Part shown: positions 12,201 to 25,526 of the stretch, piece by piece
How positions within the stretch are numbered: position 1 is the stretch's first letter
Layout: each line of letters opens with the position of its first letter
NCBI RefSeq assembly: GCF_001194135.2
Contig: NC_068985.1
Span: forward strand, 101,048,469 to 101,110,077
Direction: 5' to 3'
Length of the DNA stretch: 61,609 nt
From: Octopus bimaculoides
Lineage: Eukaryota
Position numbers and translations under genes: made by a program
Notes under the pieces: generated by a model
What the model saw: the letters and a program-made list of their open reading frames with translations, nothing else
Database searches by the model: none
What the model was told of the DNA's origin: nothing

Positions 12201-14255
12201 TTGATTCTGTCATCTGTATTTAGTAAACAAATACACTAACTTCATTAACAACAATTTGAAAATAAATAAAATTAATTTTTGTAATGTTTATGTAGTTTTT
12301 TCGTAGCAATAATAACAACAGCAACTGCAGCAATAACAACAACATCATTAGATAATTATCATAAATAAACATAGAAATAACATTTTAGCAAGGAATATAA
12401 AAGCAAAAAAATCACTAAATTTTGGGTGATTGGAAACTAATGTGTAATACATATTGAGTAAGCCTGTCGTTTTAAAATAATTATTAAAAATCGCACGAGT
12501 TATCTCATTAGCAATTCTTTTCGCTGAAGGATACCTGTCAACTTAATGGGATTGTTTCGGCTAAGTAGGGATTTTAAGACAACCTGTCAATCAGAGAGAC
12601 AATTTGAACAATTACAAAATCACGTTCCCGCACAACGCGTCTCAGGAAAGAAAATACCCTTAAAAATGGAAAACTACTTGTCTTTACAATCACAAAGGCA
12701 CATATACATACACATACACACACACACATACATCGATTCATACACGCACGCACACATACACACATATGTCAACCAATGTGCAACTTCGTATAGGATTACG
12801 CTTTTACTTTATAACGTATAAGCACATATAGATTTTCACACATATATAACGTGTGTTTCTACATATATAATATTAGAAGTAATCTATTTATGAAGAACCA
12901 TTTAGTCTATTCTCAATATCTTGCCGACATTAACTCAAGTCTTAAACACTCGATACACTTTTAAGTGTTGCCTTGCTAAATCGAAATTTCCTCGACTGAA
13001 CTTGAAGAAGAATGAAAGCTGTCAAATGAAGAAAAAAATATCTATTAATCTACAAGGAAAAGGGTAAATATTAGAGCAAGAAATATTTCGCATGCAACCA
13101 CTTTTCATGGTGTGAAACATAATTTATATAATTTCACGTAGCGTTCTATTCGGCCATTACTTTCTAATCGAAGAGTTATTGTAGTTTTCAGTTCCACCAT
13201 TTGAAATTCCATTTAGTTTTTCTTTCATTTTTACAGCTTTATTCTTTTTTCACAGTGAAACTCTGTAGTATCTTAACACTTAAGGTTAAAAGCATCTCCA
13301 TATTGGATTTTTTTATCATTATTCCCCTTCCTAATCTGATTCTATTATTATGTTGATTGTGACAATTAATAAAAATAATAATAATTTCAATATAAAATCA
13401 TTTATGGATCCTTAGAAATATAAAAAAAATATAATATACATACACGACTAAAAAGAAAATATTTAATTCAACCGTTTTCCGGTTTTCTAATATATTGATA
13501 TTAGGAAATCGAAAATCGCTTTTACAAAATGTCTTTGTTGCACCTTAAGAAAACTGCGCATATCCATTTTGATATAGAACATTTTCATCTATGCAGTCGC
13601 TAATATTTCAAATTTACTAACATACCAACCACAGATAATATGTATGCGAGTAATCGTTAGAAGCACGTAAATCTCATACTTCCTTCAGACTGTTTCTCTT
13701 TCTCTTTGAATTTTCTTTTATATGAAATTAATATCCACAATCTTAGAATCGATAAATTAAAGAACCGACAATTAATGTTTTAGAATTCGGCAAAATTACT
13801 CTTCAAAATATGTATCATTGGGATGATACTGTGTAGCTGTGATAGTACTAAATGGAATTACTTTATACGTTTTAATTAATTAATAAGTAACGATAAGATG
13901 AGAAAACTTTTATCTTGATATCTACTATGATAATTGACTTGTAGTTAGCTTAGAACACGCGCACGCATACACATATATAATTTCTAATGACGAATATGAG
14001 GTGCTCTAGATTTTCTATTCACTTTGAATGAAATGTATGTATGTATGTATTTCAAGGAAATTCGCTGCTGTTTCTTTCAACTGATAATTTACCGTTGTTA
14101 GAATTATTATTACGCAATGCGACACCAGGTGTTCATGACTTCTGCTAATTTACTTCCTAATTAAATTACTTACGCAGAGGCATAAATTTGGGAACTATTC
14201 CTTAGAAAATGTGCAAATTGTTTCAAAACAATGATTGATCACGTTTCTATTTTCA

Positions 14256-14321
<66 letters not shown>

Positions 14322-14661
14322 NNNNNNNNNNNNNNNNNNNNNNNNNNNNNNNNNNNNNNNNNNNNNNNNNNNNNNNNNNNNNNNNNNNNNNNNNNNNNNN
14401 NNNNNNNNNNNNNNNNNNNNNNNNNNNNNNNNNNNNNNNNNNNNNNNNNNNNNNNNNNNNNNNNNNNNNNNNNNNNNNNNNNNNNNNNNNNNNNNNNNNN
14501 NNNNNNNNNNNNNNNNNNNNNNNNNNNNNNNNNNNNNNNNNNNNNNNNNNNNNNNNNNNNNNNNNNNNNNNNNNNNNNNNNNNNNNNNNNNNNNNNNNNN
14601 NNNNNNNNNNNNNNNNNNNNNNNNNNNNNNNNNNNNNNNNNNNNNNNNNNNNNNNNNNNNN

Positions 14662-14703
<42 letters not shown>

Positions 14704-14789
14704 GTATATATTTATATATACATACATACATACATACAATGCGATGGGTAAATTGTCCCTATTTTAAATATGTAATTTCGTGCATGCGC

Positions 14790-15045
14790 ATTCTCGCAGT
14801 TCACTCTGCCAGAAATGTGGAGGCATGTGCTGCACTGCTTGGCATATGGCATTCGTGCCGAAAGTTCTAGTACCAACATTTCAGAGTCCCTGGATGTCAG
14901 TCTGAGGATTGTGCAATAGCATGACATGCACCAAATGTGATGAAAATCAAACATCCATTCAACATCATGTTGTTTGGAGTGATCACTAGTAATTAACATT
15001 CATCTTCTCACACGGATTTAGACTCAACAGAGAGGCCTATATCAC
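14790..15045 (+). mobile_element. Internally deleted Tc1/maT-like transposase relic
   Basis: N-terminal FTLPEMWRHVLHCLAYGIRAESSSTNISESLDVSLRIVQ is joined directly to catalytic-region MKIKHPFNIMLFGVITS (ATG 14940) and FIFSHGFRLNREAYI. Confidence 0.6.
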
Positions 15046-15249
15046 CAACCGCCTTTAGTAGAATACTTTGGAAGTTCCATATTGGATGTTAGAACAGAAT
15101 AACGCTAGGGGTAGCTGCACAAAGTCATCTAGGATGTTCCCAAAGAATTAAAACTGCTTTTATACCAACTTAAAACTATTTGTATTTTACTGTCAAACCA
15201 TGAAAGAAAATCGTATGGCATTCTAGTCCTGGATATGCTAGAATTCATA

Positions 15250-15470
15250 TATGAGGGGATGCGGAAAAGTTCCTCCCTGTCGGTGAAAGAAAATACAGGC
15301 AGATCATTTAGTAATGATGTCATTCAACATATTCCCCTTTCAGATTCACACACTTGCCTCACCGGTCGTTTTGGTTGTCGAAGACTTGGAAAAGGTCTCG
15401 AGAGGTTGTGCTTCCAACCAGGCCTTTCGCGATACCTTTTAAGCCAGGATCTTTTCAGTATCACTTCGCA
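15250..15470 (-). mobile_element. Mariner-type MITE, copy 1
   Basis: TIR-like ends TATGAGGGGATGCGGAAAAGTTCC and AGCCAGGATCTTTTCAGTATCACTTCGCA; internal sequence matches 32812-33033 in reverse. Confidence 0.75.
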
Positions 15471-15989
15471 TTTTCGATTACATTTCCCAATATAGTTTAT
15501 TGTCTGATATAGGAGAGAATATACAGATTGCTCTTTCTAGCCTTAAAGGTTCCATCCATGTACAACAGAGGCTTCCTTGTCTCATGTTAATTTTATTGCT
15601 TGTAGTTTTATATTCCTTTCAAATTGAACCAGAATAAGTTAATTATTATAAGCATATTTGTCACCGTCGATACAGATTTCACACCAATCAAATATTGATT
15701 TTTCTATTCATTCTGTTGCGATCGATAAAATAATATTCGAGTAATATATGAGGTCAATTCAATAGACTGCATCAGTTCGTTACAGATATTTGTCTTCTGT
15801 TAAAGAAGAAATTATTAGTTATTAGTATGGCAGTTATCGTTAGAATTAATGTTATTAATTTTAACGCTTAGATCATAATCATATTCATCATATTCACTCG
15901 TTTTATCACACCTCTCTCCACATCCCAATCATCATAATTTCCCGCATCGTTATTATCCTCAGCTTTTTTATTATTAACAAGTCGTCGTC

Positions 15990-16159
15990 TTCGTCACCAC
16001 CACGACACCACCATCCTCATCAATATCATCATCATCATCATCACCGTCGTCGTCTTCTTAGTGGTCGTCATCATCCATTCATGCCTGCCACTCTCACCGT
16101 CGTTGTCGTCATCGTCTTCATAAGCAACCTCCTCCTCCTCCTCCTCCTCCTCCTCCTCC

Positions 16160-16201
<42 letters not shown>

Positions 16202-16230
16202 CCACTACTACCACTACTACCCCTGCTACC
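15990..16230. repeat. Compound trinucleotide low-complexity tract (ATC/GTC/CCT/ACC)
   Basis: (CCT)n, (ATC)n and (ACT/ACC)n runs; source of the poly-D/E and poly-L/I ORFs. Confidence 0.9.
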
Positions 16231-17367
16231 AGCGACAGCCAAGGAATCCTTAGTTTTTTTTTACTGCAAGAATATACATATCTTTAGAGACTTCTCTCCA
16301 CTCCAAACTTCATGGAAAATTATTTAAATAAATTATAAAATTACGTTGAAATATTTGTAATATTCCTGTTTTTATTACTACTTCACTTTAGTTATTGCTG
16401 TTGTTATTGTTGTTGTTGATGATGCTATCGCTGTAAATCATTTTGCTGTTACTATTATCAGTATAGTTAGCAGTAGTCAGTAATATCAATATTATTTGTG
16501 GAGTGGATGGCTACGCTTGTAGCAGGAAATCAATCGATTGCCTAAGACAAAATCCAATAACAAGGCGGATTCACATAGTTATTTCAATGAGTGAAAATGA
16601 TAAAACTAAGGATGGTAAGCTCTGCTTTTAGGATTCACAATGCTATCCACTAGGTGCTGAATGATGTGCGTTCCTTTTATGCAGTGAACAGTTTATTAGG
16701 CAAAAGAAGTTAACAACCACTTGCAACACTAATTTACGATATACCAATAACATTTTCAATAGCTACCTAGCATGATTTCTGACACCGAAGTGTGTAATAT
16801 CGATTTTTCCTTCGTAATCGAATTAGATTTACTACTTTGCATTTGATCGATAAAGAACATGTGACTTAATAACAGCTGGCATCATTGGCCTCTGATGGAC
16901 ATACACGGATTGACATGCATTCAGAAATTCTACAACCATACTTTCATATAATCCCATTACACACACAAATATATACACACAGACATTCACACACAAACAC
17001 GCTCACAAACATAGACGCACACACGCGCACACACGGTCATTTACATAAATATACTTATAACCAGACACACATACACATGCGCGCGAACTCAGATTTATAT
17101 AAGCATAAATAAAACACTAACACACTACGTTTATAAACAACACATTTTCGGTGAAAATAATTTAATAAATCGATCAACTCTAACACAAACAAACTATAAA
17201 CGCTTAATGTAATGTAGATACAACAGCTACACCATGTTAGTGAAGGAAAATTCTCGAATAAAATAGACCCAATTGAAAATCTGTATCTTTAATAATAATG
17301 AAAATTCTGTGCATATATAAACAGAGGTACACGTACGCTCTTGCACAAAAATGTATATATCTACTTG

Positions 17368-17402
<35 letters not shown>

Positions 17403-18879
17403 ATCTGTGTGTGTGTGTGTGTGTGTGTATACATACAGACAAGCAGGAAGTAAATAGTCACCTTTAATTTTCAAAATCTTTTACTTAATACGCAAAGCGA
17501 ACAAGTTGACAGCACACACCTACTATTACGCCCTAAGTTTAGTAAATGATTTAAACGTAACTCCTTAAACTAGACATCATAGTCATGAAAGGGGCGAATC
17601 ACGTACTCCAATACATCTTGTCTTCAAACGAAGACATTCCATCAGACAGAAAAAAATTATGTAATACAGAGAGAAAGATTCCGATTCCAAAAATTTAATG
17701 CTACAACACTTCTCATCCATTTGTGCTAAATCGTGTTGCCAATCACCGATAACTCCTCAATTGATATCTTGTTCAGTGAAGAAAAAAAAACGTCTATATA
17801 TATATTTGGTATGTGTATTTCGTGTGCAAGATTCTTGATGTGGATACGTGTGTTGAAAGAAATACAATTAAACCTTGGGAGAGGCATTATACCGATAATA
17901 ATATACGACTGAACCAGTGCGTATGTCTATTACCGGCATACTACCTCTCCGAAAGTCTAATTATATATATATATATNNNNNNNNNNNNNNNNNNNNNNNN
18001 NNNNNNNNNNNNNNNNNNNNNNNNNNNNNNNNNNNNNNNNNNNNNNNNNNNNNNNNNNNNNNNNNNNNNNNNNNNNNNNNNNNNNNNNNNNNNNNNNNNN
18101 NNNNNNNNNNNNNNNNNNNNNNNNNNNNNNNNNNNNNNNNNNNNNNNNNNNNNNNNNNNNNNNNNNNNNNNNNNNNNNNNNNNNNNNNNNNNNNNNNNNN
18201 NNNNNNNNNNNNNNNNNNNNNNNNNNNNNNNNNNNNNNNNNNNNNNNNNNNNNNNNNNNNNNNNNNNNNNNNNNNNNNNNNNNNNNNNNNNNNNNNNNNN
18301 NNNNNNNNNNNNNNNNNNNNNNNNNNNNNNNNNNNNNNNNNNNNNNNNNNNNNNNNNNNNNNNNNNNNNNNNNNNNNNNNNNNNNNNNNNNNNNNNNNNN
18401 NNNNNNNNNNNNNNNNNNNNNNNNNNNNNCACTTATTTTAAAGATATTTATTTACTTAACCGGTTTCACTTTTTTAGAAAAAGATTATCAAAAGTCTTTG
18501 AGAATAATAAAAAAATGTTAAAAAACAGTTTGAGTATTAAAATGCATGTATACACTCTTTGATGATAATAAGAGGAATATATTTAAAGTATAAAGCTTTG
18601 TATGAACTTTGTAGTGTTACATACTGATTATCACACGTTCTCTGATAATAAGATGAAAATGTTTAAAACAGCGTAAGTATGAAAATACATTTATGGAAAC
18701 ATACATATACATATTCTTTGATAATCGCAAAAAAAGTTGAGGAGGAACTGACCTGGCTTTTTTCTCTCTTGTGTGTACTGAGGGAATGTTATGACTGGTT
18801 AGCTGGGGTGGGAGGAAGGAAGAGTTAAAAGGGATTTTTTTATTTCATTTTTATTTTTGGTTGGTCTGTGAGCTAGTCT

Positions 18880-20967
18880 GTCATCGTTCCCTGGTTTTTG
18901 GGACTGGTTTTGTGCACATCTCTATGTGTGTGTATATATGTGTGTTTGTGTCTGTGTGTCTGTGTGTGTGCGTGCCGTTTTTATTGGTCCCAGAGTTTAT
19001 TGTGGAATGTATATATGAGTGTGTGTTTTTTTGTGTCGGTGGGCATGTTAGGTGTGTGTACGTGAGAGTGTGCGTATATCTCTTTGTCTGAGTATGTATG
19101 TGTTGTTTTAATCGTCCTTGTGGTGTGTGCGTGTACGAGCAACCGTATGCATGTGTGAGGGTGTGTACGTAAGTGTGCGTATGTGTGTGTATGTCTGCAT
19201 CTGTGTGTGTGCGTGGGAGCGTTTTGTGTGAGTGTGGGAGTGCGTGTGTGTCTCTCTGTCTGACATGTGTATATGAGTATGTGTGTGTTTTATCTATGGT
19301 AGGATGGTGTGTGTATGTGTGTGCACGTCTGTGTGAGTGTGTATGTGTGTGATTAATATTTGTTAGGGTGTTGTGTGTGCGCATGTGTGTGTATGTGTAT
19401 ATGTGTTTTGATTGTGTGTGTGCGTGAGTGCGTTTGTGAGTGCGTGTGTATGTGTGTTTGTGTGTTTTTAGTGTCGGTGGGGATGTTAGGTGTGTCTACG
19501 TGAGAGTGTGCGTTTATCTATTTTTTCTGAGCATGTATGTGTTGTATTAATCGTCCTTGTGGTGTGTGTGTGAGAGAGAGAGCAGCCGTATGTATATGTG
19601 AGGGTGAGTACATATGTGTGCGTCTGTGTGTGTATGTATGTGTGCATCTGTGTGTGTACGTGGGAGTGATTTGTGTGAGTGTGGGAGTGTGTGTATACGT
19701 GAGTGTGTGTGTGTGTCTCTGTCTGAGTGAGTGTGTTGTTTTAAATACCCTTGTGGTGTGTGTGTGTGTGTGTAAGCAACCGTATGTGTGTGTGATGNNN
19801 NNNNNNNNNNNNNNNNNNNNNNNNNNNNNNNNNNNNNNNNNNNNNNNNNNNNNNNNNNNNNNNNNNNNNNNNNNNNNNNNNNNNNNNNNNNNNNNNNNNN
19901 NNNNNNNNNNNNNNNNNNNNNNNNNNNNNNNNNNNNNNNNNNNNNNNNNNNNNNNNNNNNNNNNNNNNNNNNNNNNNNNNNNNNNNNNNNNNNNNNNNNN
20001 NNNNNNNNNNNNNNNNNNNNNNNNNNNNNNNNNNNNNNNNNNNNNNNNNNNNNNNNNNNNNNNNNNNNNNNNNNNNNNNNNNNNNNNNNNNNNNNNNNNN
20101 NNNNNNNNNNNNNNNNNNNNNNNNNNNNNNNNNNNNNNNNNNNNNNNNNNNNNNNNNNNNNNNNNNNNNNNNNNNNNNNNNNNNNNNNNNNNNNNNNNNN
20201 NNNNNNNNNNNNNNNNNNNNNNNNNNNNNNNNNNNNNNNNNNNNNNNNNNNNNNNNNNNNNNNNNNNNNNNNNNNNNNNNNNNNNNNNNNNNGTTGGGTT
20301 TATCCAGGTGATGTGTATGTGTGTGCATGTGTGTTCCGTGTATGTTGGTACTGGGTATGCGTTTGTATGTGCGTGTATGTGTGTATGTGGGTATGGTTTA
20401 TGTAGTTTCCTGGCGTATATGTGTACATGTGTGTGTGCGCTGTAATTGTGAGTGATTAGTTTTGTTTGTATGTTTAGTGCAGTATGTGTGTGTATACGTG
20501 TGGGTGTGTTTGTGTGAGTGCGTCTATGTGGCTAGTATTTGTCGGGGAGGTGTGTCATTGTGTGTGCATGCTTCTGTGCATGTGTGCTTGTGAGTGTTTG
20601 TTGTGATTGTTGGGATTGTATTGTGTGTGTTTTTCTTTTGAGTATGTGTGTGACATTTTTACTGGGGAACGGGCGTATGGTGTCTGTATGTGTGTGTACA
20701 TATGTATGCAAATATGCGTGTGTGAATATGATTTGTGGTTGCCGGAGTGATGTGTAGGTGTGGGCATGTACCTGTTTACGTATGTGTGTATGGTTGTTGG
20801 TTGTGGTTGCTACAATTGTATTGTAAGTGTATATATGCATGTGTTTTTTCTTGAAAAGTATGTGGGTTTGTGCTCTAGTGTGGAGATATTGTGATTGTGG
20901 GTGTGTGTATATATGTATGTAAGTGTGTTCGTGTCGGAGGTTTGCATTGTATTGGCGTGTGTGTGAT
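18880..20967. repeat. Degenerate TG-rich tract with an internal ~438-bp duplication (spans one gap)
   Basis: GTGTCGGTGG..ATGTTAGGTGTGT at 19033 and 19471; ATCGTCCTTGTGG at 19111 and 19550; third partial copy at about 19735-19790. Confidence 0.8.
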
Positions 20968-20977
20968 NNNNNNNNNN

Positions 20978-21655
20978 TCGTTTGCCCTCTGTATTCTTTG
21001 TGGCACCCTTCACACCTTATGGCATAACGTAAATCTTTTGATGCGCAGGTGAAGTTATTTCTTATGACAAAAGTGTGTCCCGACTGGAATCTGTATGTTG
21101 TTCCTTCCATGAGGTGGATGCAAGTCCTGCAGTTAGAACGACCACATTGTTGACGGTAGGTGGTGGGCGTGTGTTGGGCAATTTTGCATTCGTGAGTAGG
21201 TTTTTTAGGGATGTGGGTTGTCTTTTGCTTTTTATTATTATATGGGTTGCGAGTACTCTTTTTAGACGTGGGTCTTGATTCAGTAGTGGGATGTTTTTGT
21301 ATATTATTGTGTAAGCTTCTGCATTTCTAGGATTGTGTGTTGAGAGATATGGGAGACTATTTAACGTGCCGTGTATGTGTTTCGGTTTTCGCAGGTCATG
21401 GGTAGCAATTGTCTTGGCCCGTTCTATTCCATTGTCAACTAATGATGCTGGGTAATGTCCGTCGAGAAGAACTGCCTTTAGTTCTTCGAGTTTTTTATTT
21501 CGAGTTCTATAATTAGAGACAATTGTGCAAATTCTTCTCGCAATGTTGAAGGGAATGTTTGTCTTTGTATGTTTTGGGTGATTGGAGGTGAACAGAAGGT
21601 ATTGCTTGGAATCAGTCGGTTTGTAATGAATATCAGTCTCGGTGGGTGTGAGTGA
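20978..21655 (-). mobile_element. 5'-truncated Penelope-like element: RT C-terminus, linker and GIY-YIG endonuclease start
   Basis: ETDIHYKPTDSKQYLLFTSNHPKHTKTNIPFNIARRI...LPYLSTHNPRN...KRQPTSLKNLL, then a frameshift to QCGRSNCRTCIHL...NFTCASKDLRYAIRCEGCHKEYRGQT; these are hallmark Penelope motifs. Confidence 0.9.
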
Positions 21656-23386
21656 CTGTGTATGTGTGTGTATATATGTATACGTGTATATATATATATG
21701 CGTGTGTCTGTATATGTATTTGCGTGTCACTTCTTGTCCCTCGACCATCGCTTAACATTCCAAATATTTACGTATATATATATATATATATATAAATGCA
21801 GAAAATTNNNNNNNNNNNNNNNNNNNNNNNNNNNNNNNNNNNNNNNNNNNNNNNNNNNNNNNNNNNNNNNNNNNNNNNNNNNNNNNNNNNNNNNNNNNNN
21901 NNNNNNNNNNNNNNNNNNNNNNNNNNNNNNNNNNNNNNNNNNNNNNNNNNNNNNNNNNNNNNNNNNNNNNNNNNNNNNNNNNNNNNNNNNNNNNNNNNNN
22001 NNNNNNNNNNNNNNNNNNNNNNNNNNNNNNNNNNNNNNNNNNNNNNNNNNNNNNNNNNNNNNNNNNNNNNNNNNNNNNNNNNNNNNNNNNNNNNNNNNNN
22101 NNNNNNNNNNNNNNNNNNNNNNNNNNNNNNNNNNNNNNNNNNNNNNNNNNNNNNNNNNNNNNNNNNNNNNNNNNNNNNNNNNNNNNNNTACATATATATA
22201 TATATGCTTCCAGATGCATGCATTCAGTATTTCATAGATATAGATATATATACTAAAAATGCAACAGGGTAATACAATACGCATAGATACATAGTGGAAA
22301 GTCAACATCAAATAGAATGCCTTAGTGTTCAATTACATGTTTATTAAATCTATATACCATCGATAATCGATTGATTCCCTGCGTTCGAACTATATAATCC
22401 TCTTACCAGCATCTGTTTGCCTAAGTAGTGTTATGTGACTCATATACCGTGGGAGATGTTTCCATGGATTTCATACTTATAATTGAGTTTAGTTAACATA
22501 ACCTATTTTCAAAATTGCTGAAGCTATTTCTAATACAATTTAATAAGTAAACACTATTTTATATGTCCATATTAAAACAGAAAAAGACATAATGAGAAAG
22601 CGGGAGGGGGTAGCGAGAGAGAGAGATGGAGAGACAGACTGGCAGAGACAGAGATAGAGATATAGAATTAAAACAACAACAACAAAATATATCGCAGATT
22701 CGAAAGTATTCCTACTAACAACACCTCGCCAAATGTAATCCTTGACTGAATTATTTATCTTATACATAATTGTAAAACCTCAGAATGACAGCGGAGGAGA
22801 AGTGAGAATGTGTGATATTCGTAAATTTTCAAATGATATTACTAAGTGAATGAATACGAGAAACAAGAGGGAATATACAGCTGCTTACAGTTTCATATAA
22901 TATTTAGCTGCTATTCTCTTCAGACCTTTGATGAAGCAAAATATTTGTGTGTGTAAACATCTAAGTGACTAGCTCATAGCTAATTTACGTTAGGTATATT
23001 TGAATGGCCTTAATGTACGCTTGATTAAATTTATAAATCCTACACAAGCTTGTTCCTCCTGATAATTTCCTGTTCAATATAATCCTGCTAAGGACGATGG
23101 GCATCTCGCAATAGCTTAGTATTAACTAAGATTGAATTATAAACATAATTATACACATTTTATGTTTTATATTTCTTTTACATATCTTTGGACGCCTAGG
23201 CTTATACAGAGTATGTACAGAAATTGTTTCCTTTTGAATTTTTAAAGATAATATAATTCATAGAAATAAATTTTAACTGTAATAAATTTAGAATTGAATC
23301 TTAAATGTTCTGCACTGTACAAGCTGTTTTACTTCCTGAATAAACGTAGCTTTTTAATATCTCAGGATTCCATACATTGTTTTAGG

Positions 23387-24935
23387 TAGGGGAGACCGGG
23401 TCTAGTTATTATATATATATTTTTTTGTTTTTTGCCTTGGCACCCACAAAAATGAACACAGCTGAAGTTCTTTTCAGATTTAATTAGTAAAACATCTCTA
23501 TTTATTGTTATCACCAGAATAAAAAAAAACAGAAATTAAATAACATTAATTCGACAGGTTCTAATTAATGAGGTGTTGTCAGCTGTAACAATTTCCCCCG
23601 AGTGCGGAGTACGTTGTGACACTTTCTGGGGTACTTTGTTACAATTGTCGATAACTCGGAATTATGTTAACAAACAAGTTTAAAATGAATACGACTCCTC
23701 CTTCTTGCATCTAGGAAGTATTTTTTTTAATTAATTAACTTTGCTTTGAACAATTCCATATCCTAACTGTAATAATGAGATTCCTCATCAGCCAATTTTC
23801 CCATTGTTACATGTGCCATGTAGTCGGAATCGTCCTCCGTTAACCTCTCACCATACAGATCACACAGAAAATCCTGTCGTCCATCGGTATAGCCTGTGTG
23901 GGTGCCCGGTTTTTAGAGGTCATGCATTACACCCATTCTTCACCTGGAAGGGCGATGGAATACCAATCTGAGCAGACAAAGCATTTCCAATCGGTGACTT
24001 GCTTGCCTCGAGGCTGCTTCCTTTCGCCTTTAAATGTTTTAGTTGACTTTCTTTTCTCCTTTGTTGCCTTTTCTATACCAGTTGCCTTCTTTGGTTTGGA
24101 ATTCCGTTCGTTTATTTCATCCACTACGCGCTGTTTTACGGTGATTAAGGTTAGAATGGCTGTTTGGCACCTCTTGCGACTTGCACGGTTTCGACATCTC
24201 TTCCTGAGTGAAGCCTTCTTTAATGGGCGCAACATCTCTGGGCTTGTAACAACATCAGCAGGAAAACTTGGGCCTGGTGTAGGTTGGTTCGTTTGACCGT
24301 CTTGACGTTCATTGACCTGGTCACCTAGTTGAACATCTGACTGGTCATTTGGCTACAAGTTAGGCTGGTTACCTGCCTGAATGCAAGGCTGCATGTCAAC
24401 ATGGTCGTCTGGCTGCACCTCAGACTGATCTTCAGCTTGTTTTGGAGCAGGACCGTCTGTGACGTAACATGGAAGAAAATCGTCATCACCAAAGACTTCC
24501 GTGTTAAAAGGCCGGATGCTACTGACTTGAAATCCTTTCTTGATTTTGACTGGTGTGCACGCATGTGGAAAGGCCTCCTTCAAGATCACCGGAAAGACGT
24601 GAATTGTCATCGTTTTACCTGGGTGCGATTTCATCCATCCATCACACACGCCCTATTCACGTACTTCTTAAGAGAACCACAAACACTCCCATCGAGTGAC
24701 AGTAGCTTATGTGAGCAGTGCAGGGTGATGATAGCAGAAAAATACCATTGTCTCGGTAGAAATCAATGATATCCAACGAGATATGGGAGTTGTGGTTATC
24801 AAGTAGCAACAGGACAGGATGCTCTTTGCTGCCACGAGTGTGCTTCACGACGTGTTCCAGAAGTTTAAGAAAAACTGCTTCATCCATCCACTTGGATTCG
24901 CTGATCTACAGCAACCTGTTGGCCCGTTACTAACT
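23387..24935 (-). mobile_element. pogo-like (DDE_1) transposon 3' part with decayed C-terminal PHD finger and terminal repeat
   Basis: ANPSGWMDEAVFLKLLEH...PVLLLLDNHNSHISLD; HKLLSLDGSVCGSLKK...GFQVSSIRPFN; basic linker; CFVC..PGEEWV*C..FCVIC; TIR-like TAGGGGAGACCGGG at 23387-23400. Confidence 0.85.
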
Positions 24936-24942
24936 AATTATT

Positions 24943-25149
24943 GCTGAAAGGTTCCTGGCTTCACGTAAGAGAAAATACAGAAAGATCAGTTATGACTTTA
25001 TTCAACGTACTCTCTTTTCCGATTCACATAATTTATGCAGCGGTCCTTCAGACATTTAAAGCCCTGTATAAGAACTCGGAAATTTGGGCCACTAACCAGG
25101 CCTCTTTCCGATACTGTTAACGTCAGGATTATTTTACCACGCCCTAGTA
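24943..25149 (-). mobile_element. Mariner-type MITE, copy 2 (abuts and truncates the pogo relic)
   Basis: GCTGAAAGGTTCCTGGCT...GAAAATACAG...GCAGCGGTCCTTCAG...AAAGCCCTGTA matches 32812-33033 in reverse. Confidence 0.75.
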
Positions 25150-25526
25150 TTGTGTTGTAGTTCTCAAACATGTTTCATAATATTTCAAGTTGATTGGTCG
25201 GACGTATCTCAGATAAGCCTAGAAAAATTTCCTTGTCAATCGAAGAATACTACCTAATTATTGAACTCAAATCTAGTTATACCCTTATATTAATACCAAA
25301 ATAGCCAAACAGAAATTAGTTGAGAATTTACTGATCTTCTAGAAAACAAGATCGAAAGAAAAATAGAAAATATACAAAATAGTTAGTGGCATCCAGTGGC
25401 ATGATATCTACAGATTCTTGTATGAATTTGATTATTATATACATAGGGTATACCGCATTGTTCTATTCTTTCACAATGTATTGTTGTTACAATGCGATCT
25501 AAAATCTTGATGAGAAACAACTGTTA

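Noticed and set aside
15994-16287. Poly-D/E and poly-L/I/T ORFs
   Set aside because: Fully explained by trinucleotide repeats on both strands; no flanking coding signal.
23898-24769. Plus-strand ORFs of 132 and 122 aa
   Set aside because: Antisense shadows of the minus-strand pogo transposase.
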